Positions 30,519 to 42,550 of a stretch of DNA of 64,000 nucleotides are shown here, piece after piece; the stretch's first letter is position 1; each line of letters starts with the position of its first letter. The notes below the pieces were generated by a model, which did no database searches, was not told the origin of the DNA, and saw nothing but the letters and a program-made list of their open reading frames with translations. The position numbers and the translations under genes are program-made. This stretch comes from the human T2T-CHM13v2.0 reference genome, Homo sapiens: NCBI RefSeq assembly GCF_009914755.1, contig NC_060936.1. The stretch is one strand, 5' to 3'.

Positions 30519-31167
30519 GCTAAAGCATGTAGTCAATCCTGGCATATAACAAGAGGCTAATAAATGGCATTATTATTAGTAGCAGATATACATATATACA
30601 TATGTGTAAATATTATATATTTTGTAATATATGCCTAATAAATGTTAGGTATTCCTATTACTATTAGTATACCACCGTTAGTAGGGTACTAATAGTATTA
30701 CTAATCACAGAGTATGCTACTACTAGCGAACTGAAGTGCCATGTAGGGTGGGAAGAAGTGAGTACTGAGGCAGAAAAGGATTAGGGAGACCTTCTGGAAG
30801 AGGCTGAGCTTGAGTTATGTTTCAAAGGGTAAGCAGAAGTTAGCTAAAGGAAGAAGATGTGTGCATTGGGGGAGGGCGTTCCAGGAAAGAGGGAATGGCA
30901 TTTGTGAAAGCACACAGCATAGAACAGCACAATGTACAGGCTGGATGGGTGAGGGAGAAAATCAGGGACCAATTACAGCAAAGTGGGAGGAGCAGAGATC
31001 AAATTTAAGTGGATTCATTAAGGATTGGATAGCAAGTGGAAAATGACTCTTTCAGGTAGGTGGGTTGTGAAGAGATTAAATAGTTATTCCAGGAGTTAGA
31101 AAGAACCACAGAAAAGAATGATAAATAATCCAGCATAAAATGTCCCTTTGAACTATCATTGCATTCT

Positions 31168-31400
31168 TAGTTTTCAAATTTTTGAATCTTCTAGTTAAAA
31201 GTCTAAAATTTCAGAGATAAAAGTTGTAAAAAACATCTGCTTCAAATATCCTCATTGCCATTTTTCTATTAAAAATTACCACACATGAAAATGTGCAAAA
31301 ACTATTCTTTCATGACACATATGAGCAACTGGATGAATTTAGTACAAGCACAGTTACACTAGTAGAATTAAAATAGAAGCTGAGACAAGCTCTGAGGAAA
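31168..31400 (+). repeat. Local direct duplication, copy 1 (about 235 bp)
   Basis: Aligns by eye with 32922-33154 at roughly 90% identity. Confidence 0.95.
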
Positions 31401-32087
31401 CAGAATTAAACAACATCATTCTCTATCCATCCTGAATGACCAACAACCCCTTGAACATATGCTATGCCTTTCCACATACCCACACCTCTCTCTAGAATGT
31501 CCTTCACTCCTTTCTTTCTGGCCTGATATTTTCTACTTGGTCTTCAAAATTCAGCTGAAGGGTCACTTCTCCTGAAAGCCTCCACCAACCTTCCAACCAG
31601 CTTTAGGTGCTTGTTCTCTTGGTCCCAAAGCATCTCATGCATACTTCCATCTCAGCTCTTTCTACACCGTAGTATAATTGTTGCTGTTATGCTTATTTGA
31701 ATTACTACTAAACTATGAAGTTTTTGAAGACAGAGATCATAGTTATTCAGAATAGATACCAGGCCTGACTCTATCCCTCTAATTCCAAGCACATTACTTA
31801 GCACATATTAGTTGCTGAATAAAAATATGCAATTTGTCAGTTCAACATCAGACAAGCATAGACTGAAAAATAAATTGGTCATCCCTAGAATAACAAGATG
31901 TCTTTTAAACAGATTCCTGATTTCTCCATCTCAAAACTACAAATAGATTATATGGCAAAATATCCCAGAGATACTCAAGCTAGAAGAAAAGACTCAAACG
32001 ATGTCTCTCGAAGTTGATTTTGAGAGTGATGAGAATGTTCTCCTTCTTATGTCCATTAAAACTCCTTTGGTTTCCAGATCAGTCTAC

Positions 32088-32311
32088 CTTCAAATCAACA
32101 GTTATGATTTTTCATTCTTGAGAAAGAAGAACAACTCTCACATCCACAAAATAGGCCATTATAGCATTACTGGGCCATTTTCTCCACACACAAGCATAAA
32201 AAAACTAAGAGAGAATTATTCAAAGAATTAATGTTTCAAGCAAAAGCCATTCTGGGTTTTGTCATAATCTTTCAAGGGAATTTTCTCTCTGGTTCTCCCA
32301 AAGCATATTTT
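32088..32311 (-). pseudogene. Candidate decayed LAS2-like internal exon
   Basis: Strong acceptor ttttcctttgtacAG and donor aag|GTAGAC. Translation has stops but contains EWLLLET and QE*KIITVDL, positionally like LAS2 ELLILKA ... RSWENIPVTF (from memory). Confidence 0.3.
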
Positions 32312-32921
32312 CTGTACAAAGGAAAATCACTTGACTTTTAAAGCAAAAACAGACAAAATACATGTCTGGAAGTAGTTCATAAATCCCACTGGGGGAAAAT
32401 TCCTTATACAACAAGAACAGAACAACAACACAGTGAATCAGACAATGACAAAATCCAACGCAAGAGTGCCAATAACTTTTTTTTTCCAGAGGATCCCCTA
32501 AATTTCTGCACAAATTTCTATGCTAGAGGAGGCTGAGTATTAACTATACATAGTTTAGTCATATTTTTCCTCATTTTAGACAAACATGGCTTTATCTGAC
32601 ATGCTGAGGTAGTAATCCTTTAGGATAATTTGTCAATTTATCCATTCACTTAAGTATGCCAGGCTCTGAGGAAATGGTAGTAACTGAGACACTGTTGATG
32701 CCTCACAGAATTCACAGAAACAGATGTCTGCAGTCAAATGTGGTGAGCACAAAGATCTGCACAGGTGCTACCACTAACCAGGGGCAAGGGCAGCTAAGCC
32801 AGCCAGTGGGCGCTTTGACAAAACCATGTGGGACATCTGAGGGGAGCTTTAAGAGATGAGCCTAAATAAGTCAGATTGGGGGAGGAAGGGGTGGGCCTGG
32901 ATCCCTGAACACATTCTTATT

Positions 32922-33154
32922 TAGTTTTTAAATTTTTGAATTTTCTACCCTAAAAGTCTAAACTTTCAGAGATAAAAGTTGTAAAATACACCTGCTTCAC
33001 ATATCCTCTTTGCCGTTTTTCTATAAAAATTATCACACATGAAAATGAGCAAAAGCTATTCTTTCATGACACATAGGAGCAACTGGATGAATTTAGTGCA
33101 AGCACAGTTACACTAGTAGAACTAAAATGGGAGCTGAGACAAGCTCTGAGGAAA
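32922..33154 (+). repeat. Local direct duplication, copy 2
   Basis: Shared tttcagagataaaagttgtaaaa...gagcaactggatgaatttagt...gctgagacaagctctgaggaaa. Confidence 0.95.
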
Positions 33155-33479
33155 TGTTATTTCTTTGAGTTAATACAAGTTAATTCAAAAGAACCCTGAG
33201 AATTTTGTAAAGACCTGGAAGGATTCCCAAGGGCATTAATTCTGTGGGTCACCTCTCTCTCTCTTACCTTGGCCATGCCTTATAAGGATCGCAGTGCTAC
33301 CATCACCTAGCATTGTTCAGATCATGTTCCTACTGAACATATGCGAAGTAGAAATAAGCATCACCTTAAAAGTGAAGGACAGAGTAATAGTTTTCATAAC
33401 AGCCATACTGCCAATAGAAAGGGTATCCTGAATGGAAAAAATAAAGATCATAGTGTTGTAGACTGCTTTATTCTTCAAC

Positions 33480-34170
33480 AGAATTGACTGTGTGCCCTCA
33501 GTGCCAAGTTACAATGTGAATTACAATGCCAAACAAGACACAGAGCTTGGACGACCTTATCAGTCTCGTGGGGGAGAGAAGCCAGTGGACAGGTTCTTAC
33601 AATATAGTGTTAAATGCCATCCTAGGGGATGTTACAGGTGCCAAGAGAAAACACAACAGGAACAACTAAACCAGACTTTGCAGGGAGGAGGGTGGTGTTG
33701 GGAAAGTGACATCTAAATCAAGGCTGGAAAGAAAGGTTTACAGAAGAAAAGGGGGATGGAGAGGAGAGAACTCCAGCAAGAGGGAACTCCAGCTAGAACT
33801 CCAGCATGTGAAAGGCAGGGAGGCACCATGTGCCTGGTGCAGTCCATGGGCTAGCAGCAGTTCAGGACTGCTAGAAAGGAGTACAGTGGAAGGGGAAAGA
33901 GGGTGCATGTGTGTGTGTGTGTGGTAGGGCAGAGAGAGAAATTGAAGCTAGATTGTTAAGTAAGAGCCAGGTCACCAATGAGACTATATTAAAGAGTCGG
34001 AGCCTTATCCCCAGGATGACGGGGAGCCATCATGGTGTCTTCAGCACACAAATGACAGAAGCAGATTCCTGCTTTAGGAAGAACCCTATGGATGCCGGGT
34101 GGAGAATGGGTTGAAAGGGATCAGTCAGGGCCCAGAAGGGCAGTTAAGAATCTGATCTAAGTAATCCAAA
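33480..34170 (-). mobile_element. L2 fragment
   Basis: Purine-rich antisense L2 (ggggagcca, ctttaggaaga..c.ctatggatgc). Confidence 0.6.
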
Positions 34171-34189
34171 GACTAACATTTGCAAATTA

Positions 34190-35060
34190 TGAACAATGAT
34201 TCTAAAATCCATTTGGAAGGATAAATGAGTAAGAATAGGCATACCTCCTTCCTAACCCTCTACCCCATCCCATCTAAGATATTCAACTTAAGACTAATGT
34301 AATTAAAATACAGTGATAATAGCACAGAAATAATGCAGATGAATCAATGGAACAAAAAGTCAAGAAGCCTAAGTATATATGAGAACTCAGGTTATTACAA
34401 GGGAGGCAAGTGGAATTGTTTTTTAAAATAAACTAGGCTTTGACCATATGTAATAACAAAATATATTCTAGACAAAGATTTAAATACGCAAAACAAAGTA
34501 AAGGCAATTCATAAAACAAGACAAGCAGATGCAAAATAAACACAGATACCAATTATTACCCAGCAGATTGGCATGGATTAAAGAAGTTCATAATATCCAG
34601 GGGCACTGAGATTATGGGGAAATAAGGACCCTTCTCTACTTTGGTAGGAGTGTTTAAATAGGCATGTCCTTTCTGGAAGACAGTTTAACAAAAGGAACCA
34701 AAACTTTTAAAATGTGCGTTGGGTTTCACCCAGAAACCCTATTCCTAGAAATGCATCCTAAGGAAATAACTAGACAGCTACCCAAACATGCATGTATCAC
34801 AGTGGCAATAGTAACATTCTGAATAATAAATATATTAGTGACAACTAAAATGTCTTGAGACAATGAAATATTATAGAACCACTTAATATAAAGATATCAA
34901 ACTATTTTAATGACATGAAATGATAGTCACAAATATCAGTACATGAATAAACAAGGTTATAGCATAGTGGGGATAGTACAATTCTGAAATACATATTTGC
35001 CTAGAAAAAAGGGAAATTTATATAGAATTATTAATAGTAGTTTTCTCTGGTGTTAGAATT
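34190..35060 (+). mobile_element. Old L1ME fragments
   Basis: ctaaaatccatttggaag, atcaatggaaca, ttcctagaaatgcatcctaaggaaataa. Confidence 0.65.
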
Positions 35061-35074
35061 ATGATTGGTTTTGG

Positions 35075-35356
35075 TATTATTATTATTATTTTGAAGCACA
35101 GTTTTGCTTTGTCACCCAGGCTCTTAGCTTACTGCAGCCTCCACTTCCCTGGCTCAAGCGATCCTCCCACCTCAGCCTCCCAGTAGCTGGGATTACAAGT
35201 GTGCACCACCATGCCCAGCTAATTTTTAAATGTTTTGTAAAGATAGGTTCTCACTATGTTGCCCAGGCTGGTCTTGAACTCCTGGGCTCAAGCAGTCCTC
35301 CTGCCTCATCCTTCCAAAGTGCTGGGATTACAGGCATGAGCCACTATGCCTGGCCT
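35075..35356 (-). mobile_element. AluJ
   Basis: ctggctcaagcgatcctcccacctcagcc; small deletion. Confidence 0.9.
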
Positions 35357-35402
35357 GGTTTCTGCTTTATCCTTACGTATTTTCTGAAATTGTCTTGCCA
35401 TA

Positions 35403-35757
35403 TGTATTAGTCCATTTTCACACTGCTGATAAAGACATACCAGAGACTGGGAAGAAAAAGATGTTTAATTGGACTTACGGTCCCATATGGCTGGGGAGGC
35501 CTTAGAATCATGGTGGGAGGCGAAAGGTACTTCTTACACGGCAGCGGCAAGAGAAAATGAGGAAGATGTAAAAGCAGAAACCCCTGATAAACCCATCAGA
35601 TCTTGTGAGACTTATTCTCTACCAGGAGAACAGTGTGGGAGAAACTGCACCCATGATTCAAATTATCTCCCACCAGGTCCCTCCCACAACACGTGATAAT
35701 TATGGGAGTACAATTCAAGATAAGATTTGGGTGGGGACACAGGGCCAAACCATATCA
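35403..35757 (-). mobile_element. THE1 (MaLR) solo LTR
   Basis: tgtattagtccattttcacactgctgataaagacatacc...ggggacacag..ccaaaccatatca. Confidence 0.95.
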
Positions 35758-36197
35758 CCAAGAGTACATATTACTCTGATGATCAGAAAAAACATATAGT
35801 GTTCATTTTTCCTTTTGTGAAGAACTGCCAAGAATAACATTGATGGTGGAGTTAATAACTTGAGAGAAACTACAGAAAGAGCAATTGCCTGTATCACATT
35901 TCAAGTCATTAACAAGTGACTGCTCCACAGCCTCTTCTCTGTGGATTCAAAAGAAAAACTGATACAGAAAAACTTTCTACCACCAAACCTCAAAAGAAGA
36001 TTGAAAATCCTTATCAGGAAAACCAGCAGTATTATTGAATAAATTACAACATATTTTGCACTTCAATTGCACAGATAATGTAGATACTCATACACCACTT
36101 TCACACTCAATCCCCATATCACATCTCTGCATTTATCAAACCATGTCAAATATTATAATCAGATAACTTAGCATAAAGAAACATGGCTTTATCTTAC

Positions 36198-36603
36198 GTA
36201 GGACTCTGTCTGACTTGCAAGAATTCTCATTTACTCATTTAATTCTGTTTTTGCAATTATGAAAGAATAAAAAGCTGTTTCATCTATTTTAATTTTGCAT
36301 ATCAAGCACAGCATACAATACTATGGTAAATGTTTTCATAATAGTCTAAAATCAGTAGCAATAAATGCCACCTTAGTTTTGTAATGTATAATTTTTCAAT
36401 ACTCTTGTTTAAATTAGCATACAGTCTTTAAAAGACCATGTTTAGTGGAAGAACAGGCATTTTTACTGGTAGTAATAGTATTTCTACTAATAAAAATGAG
36501 TTATTATTAGAGGAATTTATTTCCCCAATGGCTTTATGGTCAATCAACCACAAATTCAGATTCACACCCAGTTTTAGTTTTATCATGGTATCTTTTTCAA
36601 CTT
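36198..36603 (-). pseudogene. Probable second exon of the LAS2-like gene, decayed
   Basis: Acceptor ttgttatttgtAG at 36605-36604 continues the phase-1 frame (E-VEKDTMIK...) to a stop at 36430-36428. Donor-like tac|GTAAGA at 36197. Only weak, frameshifted similarity to the LAS2 SLTTDDLL/RWL region. Confidence 0.45.
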
Positions 36604-37299
36604 CTACAAATAACAATTTTTAAATGAAAAATATTGAAATACTGGAATGGGCTAATTGAATTTTTCTGCCATCTGCATAGTATAGAGTTTTTAAATTATG
36701 GAGCACATATAGTTCAATCTCCTTATCTTATTGATGAGGAAACTAAAGCCCAGAGAAAGTAAGCAGCTCTTCTCATATCTCAACAGTCATTAACAGATTG
36801 GAAAACAGACCTTAGGTCGCCTGACCTCTATTACAGTGTTTTCTTCACTGCGCTACAGAAAGTCTGAGGACCTTATACATGCAACAATTTACAGAATGTT
36901 CTCTCATTCATTGAGCTCCCATAATAACCATGTGGAGTATTACTATTATTATTCTCATTTTACAAAGGGATTAACTTTGGCTTGGAGAATTTAAGTGACT
37001 TTGTAACACTTTCAGTCATGAAGTCCAGTGCTTTAGATTCCAAAGCCAGAGCTTTGCCACTCAAATCAATGCTGGGATGTGTTTTCCGGAATTAACTCCC
37101 ATTAAAAGCAATCCATTGCTGGAAAAGTTTTGGAAGTATAAAATTAAGTGTAAAATTATATAAGAATCTTATAAAAAGATTCATAAATTTCAAGATAATT
37201 ATTTTCCAAGAAAAAAATCTTTTAGAGTATGCATCTTCTCAAAGCATCAGCTTTCTATAGATAATTAAAAATTGAACTCAGAGAATAATGAAAGCTTAC

Positions 37300-37579
37300 C
37301 ACTATTTGACTTAGCAAGAAATTCAAGAGGACTCTGATCCAGGTTAACCTTTGTATCAATATCAGGAGGCTCATAGTTTAAGTGAAAATCATCAATGTAA
37401 GCGTCTAGGGCTTCGGAGGCAGAGAAATACAGCTTTTCTTTATACTGTATGGAGCCATCAGTATTAAAGGATATGCTGTTCAGTATTAAAGTTGCTGGAA
37501 GATAAGATTCAGAAGTGCTAAACTGATGTTTCTTAACTGACTCTGCCATGGCTTTCTCACAATGGGCCACAATGTCCAT
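37300..37579 (-). CDS. First coding exon of a LAS2/C18orf54-like paralogue (intact exon; gene may be truncated or a pseudogene)
   Basis: Translation MAESVKKHQFSTSES...NTDGSIQYKEKLYFSASEALDAYIDDF resembles the LAS2 N-terminus as recalled (MAKSKTKHRL...[25 protein letters not shown]). Acceptor ttttttgtgtttAG at 37598-37597, donor G|GTAAGC at 37299 (phase 1), strong Kozak gccATGG at 37549, no stops in frame. Confidence 0.8.
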
Positions 37580-37832
37580 TCATCTTTCAAGAAATTCTAA
37601 ACACAAAAAAAGGTACGTTAAGTTTTCAGTTAAGTAGGAATGGATAATAATACTCTTGGAATCCTTGCTAATCTTTCATGTGTAATTACTTATTAAAAAT
37701 GAAATTACTCTTTATCTCCCTTTATGTTTTATGTATACTTGACTTTCAAGCAATGTTCATTGATTGATAGATGATTAGTTTCATTGGCATGACTGCAAGT
37801 GTAAACTGTGTTTCAGAAATATATTTGGGGGA

Positions 37833-38045
37833 AGGGCGAGAGCGGTGGCTCACGGCTGTAATCCTAGCGACTGGAGAGGCCAAGGCAGGTGGAACATTTG
37901 AGGTCTGGAGTTCGAGACCAGCCTGGCCAACATGGCAAAACTCCGTCTCTATGAAAAATACAAAAATAAGCTGGATGTGGTGGCGCGCACCTGCAGTCCC
38001 AGTGACTTGGGAGGCTGAAGCAGGAGAATTGCTTAAACCCGGAAC
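37833..38045 (+). mobile_element. Alu, 3' truncated (no tail)
   Basis: Stops at ttgcttaaacccgg. Confidence 0.9.
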
Positions 38046-40934
38046 ATAAGCCTTGCTAGGTGACCACATAAGAGAGGTACTGCTTTCCTTCGTTTTCAGT
38101 TTTACTTGATTAAACAAGTGTTCTGGAATCTTGAGATATTTTTATTTGCTACGTTAAAAGATGGCAGTCCTCCATTATCACATTCTAGTTTTCATTCCCT
38201 TCACCTGTCCCCACCCCATTGATGGGATAAGGAAAGTCACATATAAATTCAAGATGAAAGCAACAGGGGGCCCTGGCATAATAGTGATGGCAAATAGAGA
38301 CCAGGTAGCAAGAAGAGGTGAGTGCTGAAAGGAGTAGAATTCAGGCGAGAGGGTGTCCTCTCATGTGATACTCTGGCTTTGGTACAGGAGTTCAGCAGCT
38401 GTAGACCTCTCTATTCTCACCTTACATCAATCACTTACTCTTTGCAAAATTATAAAAGGTTGCTACAATTAGTACCCTCATTTTCCAGATGAGAAAATGG
38501 TGGTACACACAGATTAAGTAACTTGTCCAAAGCTGCAGACTAGGGAAGCAACAGCCAGGCTGAACTCCAGCTGTGGATTCTGAGTCTGAACTTAACCATT
38601 GTGCTAGACTCCCGCCTTATGAGTGCAGTAACTGCCCAGATGACCTGTAATCCTCTAAACGTTCACCACAAGTTACATGCATCAATGTCTGCCAAAATTG
38701 GGTGCCGAGGTTCTGTGGTTTCCAATATACTTACTCATTGGTATGTGTGGGGCGAAATGCCATTCATGTGACAATAATATACACATAAGTACCAAAGATT
38801 AAATACTTACTTTTTCAGCCCTTTGAAATTTAGGTGGACATGTTGTATTTTCAGAATGTTACATTATACGACATCATAATACATAAATTTTGCATCTGTG
38901 GAATATTTTTCAGTTTCCTCTAATATACACAGAAGCTTTTGAGAATCTGAAGAAAACTATGAATCACCTTCCCACAAAAATGCACTTTAGCAGACACAGA
39001 GGCAATGGGTTCCAGGATTCCTGAGGCTTGTTCATGGTCCTCCTGCATCTGAATTCTAGATTAAGAACTTTTGTCTAAAGAAATTGACAGAAGTGAAAAG
39101 AAAGGAAGAGAAAGAAGGCTAACCAGGAAAAGAAAAATAAGACCCTTATTAGGGATGGAACAAACAAATCCAACATCACATATTCTTAGAGATATCATGG
39201 TAAAAAATCTTTTGACTTTAGAGGCCCTGCTCAAAAGGTACTTTGTAAATCATGATCGTCTTTTTCCTCCTCCTTCTCTGGATTTGTCAGTATGAATTAA
39301 TTACTATTACAGATCAGAGATGATGGGTTTTGGAACTAAAGAGACCTGGGTTAAATTCGGTTTATCTTTACCAGCTGTGTGCCTTAATCCCCTCCCTAAC
39401 ATATGATTCCTTTATTTTAAATTCTGCTTAATAATCTTTAGACCTTGTAGAGTAGCTGCATCTGTTTGATTTCCTGCTGCTTTGCACTAGCATAGCCATT
39501 TCAGGGGTAAGACATTGAAATACTTTGAAAATAGTTGCTAAAAGCTGCTTCCCTCCACCCACTCTTCCCCCCTCCCTCCACCAGTGCCTTCTTGCTACCG
39601 AGGCCCTGGCCCACTTCACCTAGAAGCCTTCAGACCTGCTCATGATCCAGCAACTTAAGGGGCACCATCTGGCTCCACAGATCCCGCTCCTGGCTGTGGC
39701 TCATGCCCATTCTGCCTGGTTGGTGCCTGGCCATATAGATTGTTAAATGTTTTGAATATCATCCCGGAAGGGCCGTGGTATGCAGTAAGTGTTAGTGTTT
39801 CTCCCTTCCTCATCCTTTAGTGCTTTGCCTTTCTCTATTCTGCATATGTATCATGATTTGACCAAATGATCACGAGAATATGGCTTCTCCCTTCTCTAAG
39901 TTCCAACAAAATAAGGAATGGATGGGTATTTGTAGTTCCCAGCTTACGGCAGTTGTTCAATAAATGTTTGCTGAACTGGACTTCAGCCAAAATACTCCAT
40001 TCACCATAAAGCATTCCAGTGTGACTGGTGCAGTTGGTAAAAATGTTCTGAAAGACGGAGTCTGCTGGGTTTATTGACAGCTGCTGAGAAGCAACAAAAT
40101 AGGCAAATACAGTAATGTATTCGAGTCACCAATTTAATCAGAGAATGGCTGAATGCACAGCGAGCAAGAAGTTGATGACAGAGTCGGTGACATTATCATG
40201 CATGTTAGTAATATTTTTGAGGTTCACTTATGGCAAATCTTTAACACCAGACTGTCCAGTATGCTTCCACAGCTCAAAGTCCAATTTTAACTGGAGATTT
40301 AAAGACGTTTTCTATATCCACTTAGTTGCATGAATAACATTGTAAAGGAAAGTTGACAAATATTTCTAAAACAATCTAGAAAATCAATGTGTAAGATACG
40401 CCAGTGATCCTGATAATTGAACACTATTTATAAACAAGTTTATTTGGTGACTTTCATTTTATCATGTACGTGGGAAAGTGCAAATTCATTCTCTTGGTTT
40501 TTCACCGTATAGGCTCACAGGGGGTTAAGCAAAGAAGAAAGTGAACATTCTTGTAGTTTAAAAAGCAAGAGGACCATATGCAATAGCTTAAAAAAAGAAT
40601 CTATATATTTCTTAACTGTATATCAAATAAAATTGCAGATTGTTCAGATATTTTCCCTAGCAATTTCATGTTTGAAGTTGGTCTGGCTCGATTCTCTTGA
40701 TAGTATTTTTAAAAAAGTATTCATCCTATAAAATCCTAAGGGTGCATGCATCTACCAGGAGGCAACCCACTTCCTGAAGAATAGACAATATTTCAAGTAG
40801 AGGGACTAGAGAAAGCCATCAGCTCTGTATTTGTTATCACCTTAGGCTAAGTCAAACTCAGTCAGATAAGCTGAGTCCCTCAAGTCTGGGCAGAGAAAAA
40901 GGTCCAGAAATTTGTACTAAGTTCAGTTTCTCCC

Positions 40935-41300
40935 TCTCATTCAATTCAATTAAACACACAATTATTGACTGACAATGTGCAAGGAACCATGCTGAGCACC
41001 GTATAGGGATACAAAGATGGGCTAGGCATTATTTCCCTCACAAGGAGCTTGTAGCCCAGTAGGAAAGATAAAAGCAGCACATGAATGTAACCCAAGGAAA
41101 GGCATGCTAAATGCCATCGAGCATCCCCAAGAGTGGCTGAAACACAGAGGAGAGGGAAATTACTTCTGTTTGATGGAAATTGGTAAAGTTTCATTTTAGA
41201 CAGGGTAGTTAAACTAGGACATGAAAAAGACGTAGGTTTCGGATACACGGAAATGAGGAAAATCGATATGTCAGGAAGAAGAAACACAGTTGAAGACATT
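40935..41300 (-). mobile_element. L2 3' end
   Basis: cattcaattcaatt...tgtgcaagg.accatgctgagc. Confidence 0.7.
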
Positions 41301-42319
41301 AAATAGTAAAATCACACACATATGGATGTAGGAATATATCAGATTTCCTTGGGCTCCTTTCCTTCTGTGGAAGAGCAGGCTAGAAATTCTATGTTATGAA
41401 CCAAAGTGGTGTGTTTTAGGGCTAGCTATTGTATCTATTTTACAGAAAGGGTAAACCGAGCCACAGAAAGTTTTTAAAGGCTCTAGGAGAATGTGTCTAG
41501 CGAGTTATAGAGCTCATATTATTTCCACTACACCACAGTGTCCACTTTGCCTGTCGTGCCCAACGGCAGCTGAATGAAGCCAGCACCGTCTCCACTGGCC
41601 ATTTCCTTCCAAGTGCCCAACGGCGGGTAGCTCCACATCCAAGGGAGGGCATCCCACTCCACCTGTGCAGTTCTCAGAAATCTCTACCTCAGTTTAAGCC
41701 ACTGATAGAAGAATACTCTTAAAAGTATTCTTAAAAGATCTTATGGGCCCAAGTCCATCTATGCCACCCGTATCTCAGGCTGCTTGGGGGAGACAAGAAG
41801 CACCATGACAGATTTATTTCTTAATCTTGTGAGCTTTTTCCAAAGAACTTGGTAAGCAAATAAAGTATGTTTTATGAAATAGATACCATCTTAACTATTC
41901 TCAGTCTGACTCAAGAAATTATAAGCCCTTAAAAATCAAGCTGTGAGTATGCTATGTTATGGAATTTGAATTTTAGTAGAATATAGTCAGTAAGATGAGT
42001 TGCATAGCTTTCTGGTAGAAAAGACCTAATGGAAATATGTCACACATTATCTCAATCACTGGACACTGTGATCAAGAATACCTTCCTTGAGAGATAACTT
42101 ACACATGCTGGTCACTATGATTAACTATCAGCATTTAGACCATTAGCTGATCTTAATGGTCACGAATGAGGAATAGAAGAAACCAGTGTTTGAAATACAT
42201 AGAGCATAGGACTGGCCAACCCTATAATCTTGAGGGTTCAACTCTTCCCTCAAACTACTACCCTACTGCCTCTTGTTTATTCAACAAATCTCTATTGTCA
42301 ATGTAGAAAGGTAACACAC

Positions 42320-42550
42320 AGTAGAGTTTAGGAGTCTGGCTCTGACACCACACTGACCAGCTTCAAATCTAGCAGCATAACCTTGGGCAAACTAATTAAC
42401 TTCTCTCTCCCTAAATTGCTTCATCTCCAAAATGAGCATGGTAAAAATATCCAACTCATAGCACTGCTGTAAGGACTAAAAGGGTTAATATGAGTAAAAT
42501 ATTTAAGACAATATGTACATAGTACTACTGTACACAGTTAGTAATTATTA
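42320..42550 (+). mobile_element. MIR (inside TLR copy B)
   Basis: aaccttgggcaaactaattaacttctct...tcatct..aaaatga...gtaaggactaaa. Confidence 0.8.

Noticed and set aside
40280-40315. FKSPV peptide matching a LAS2 motif
   Set aside because: Upstream of the first coding exon, so out of order; five residues is chance level.
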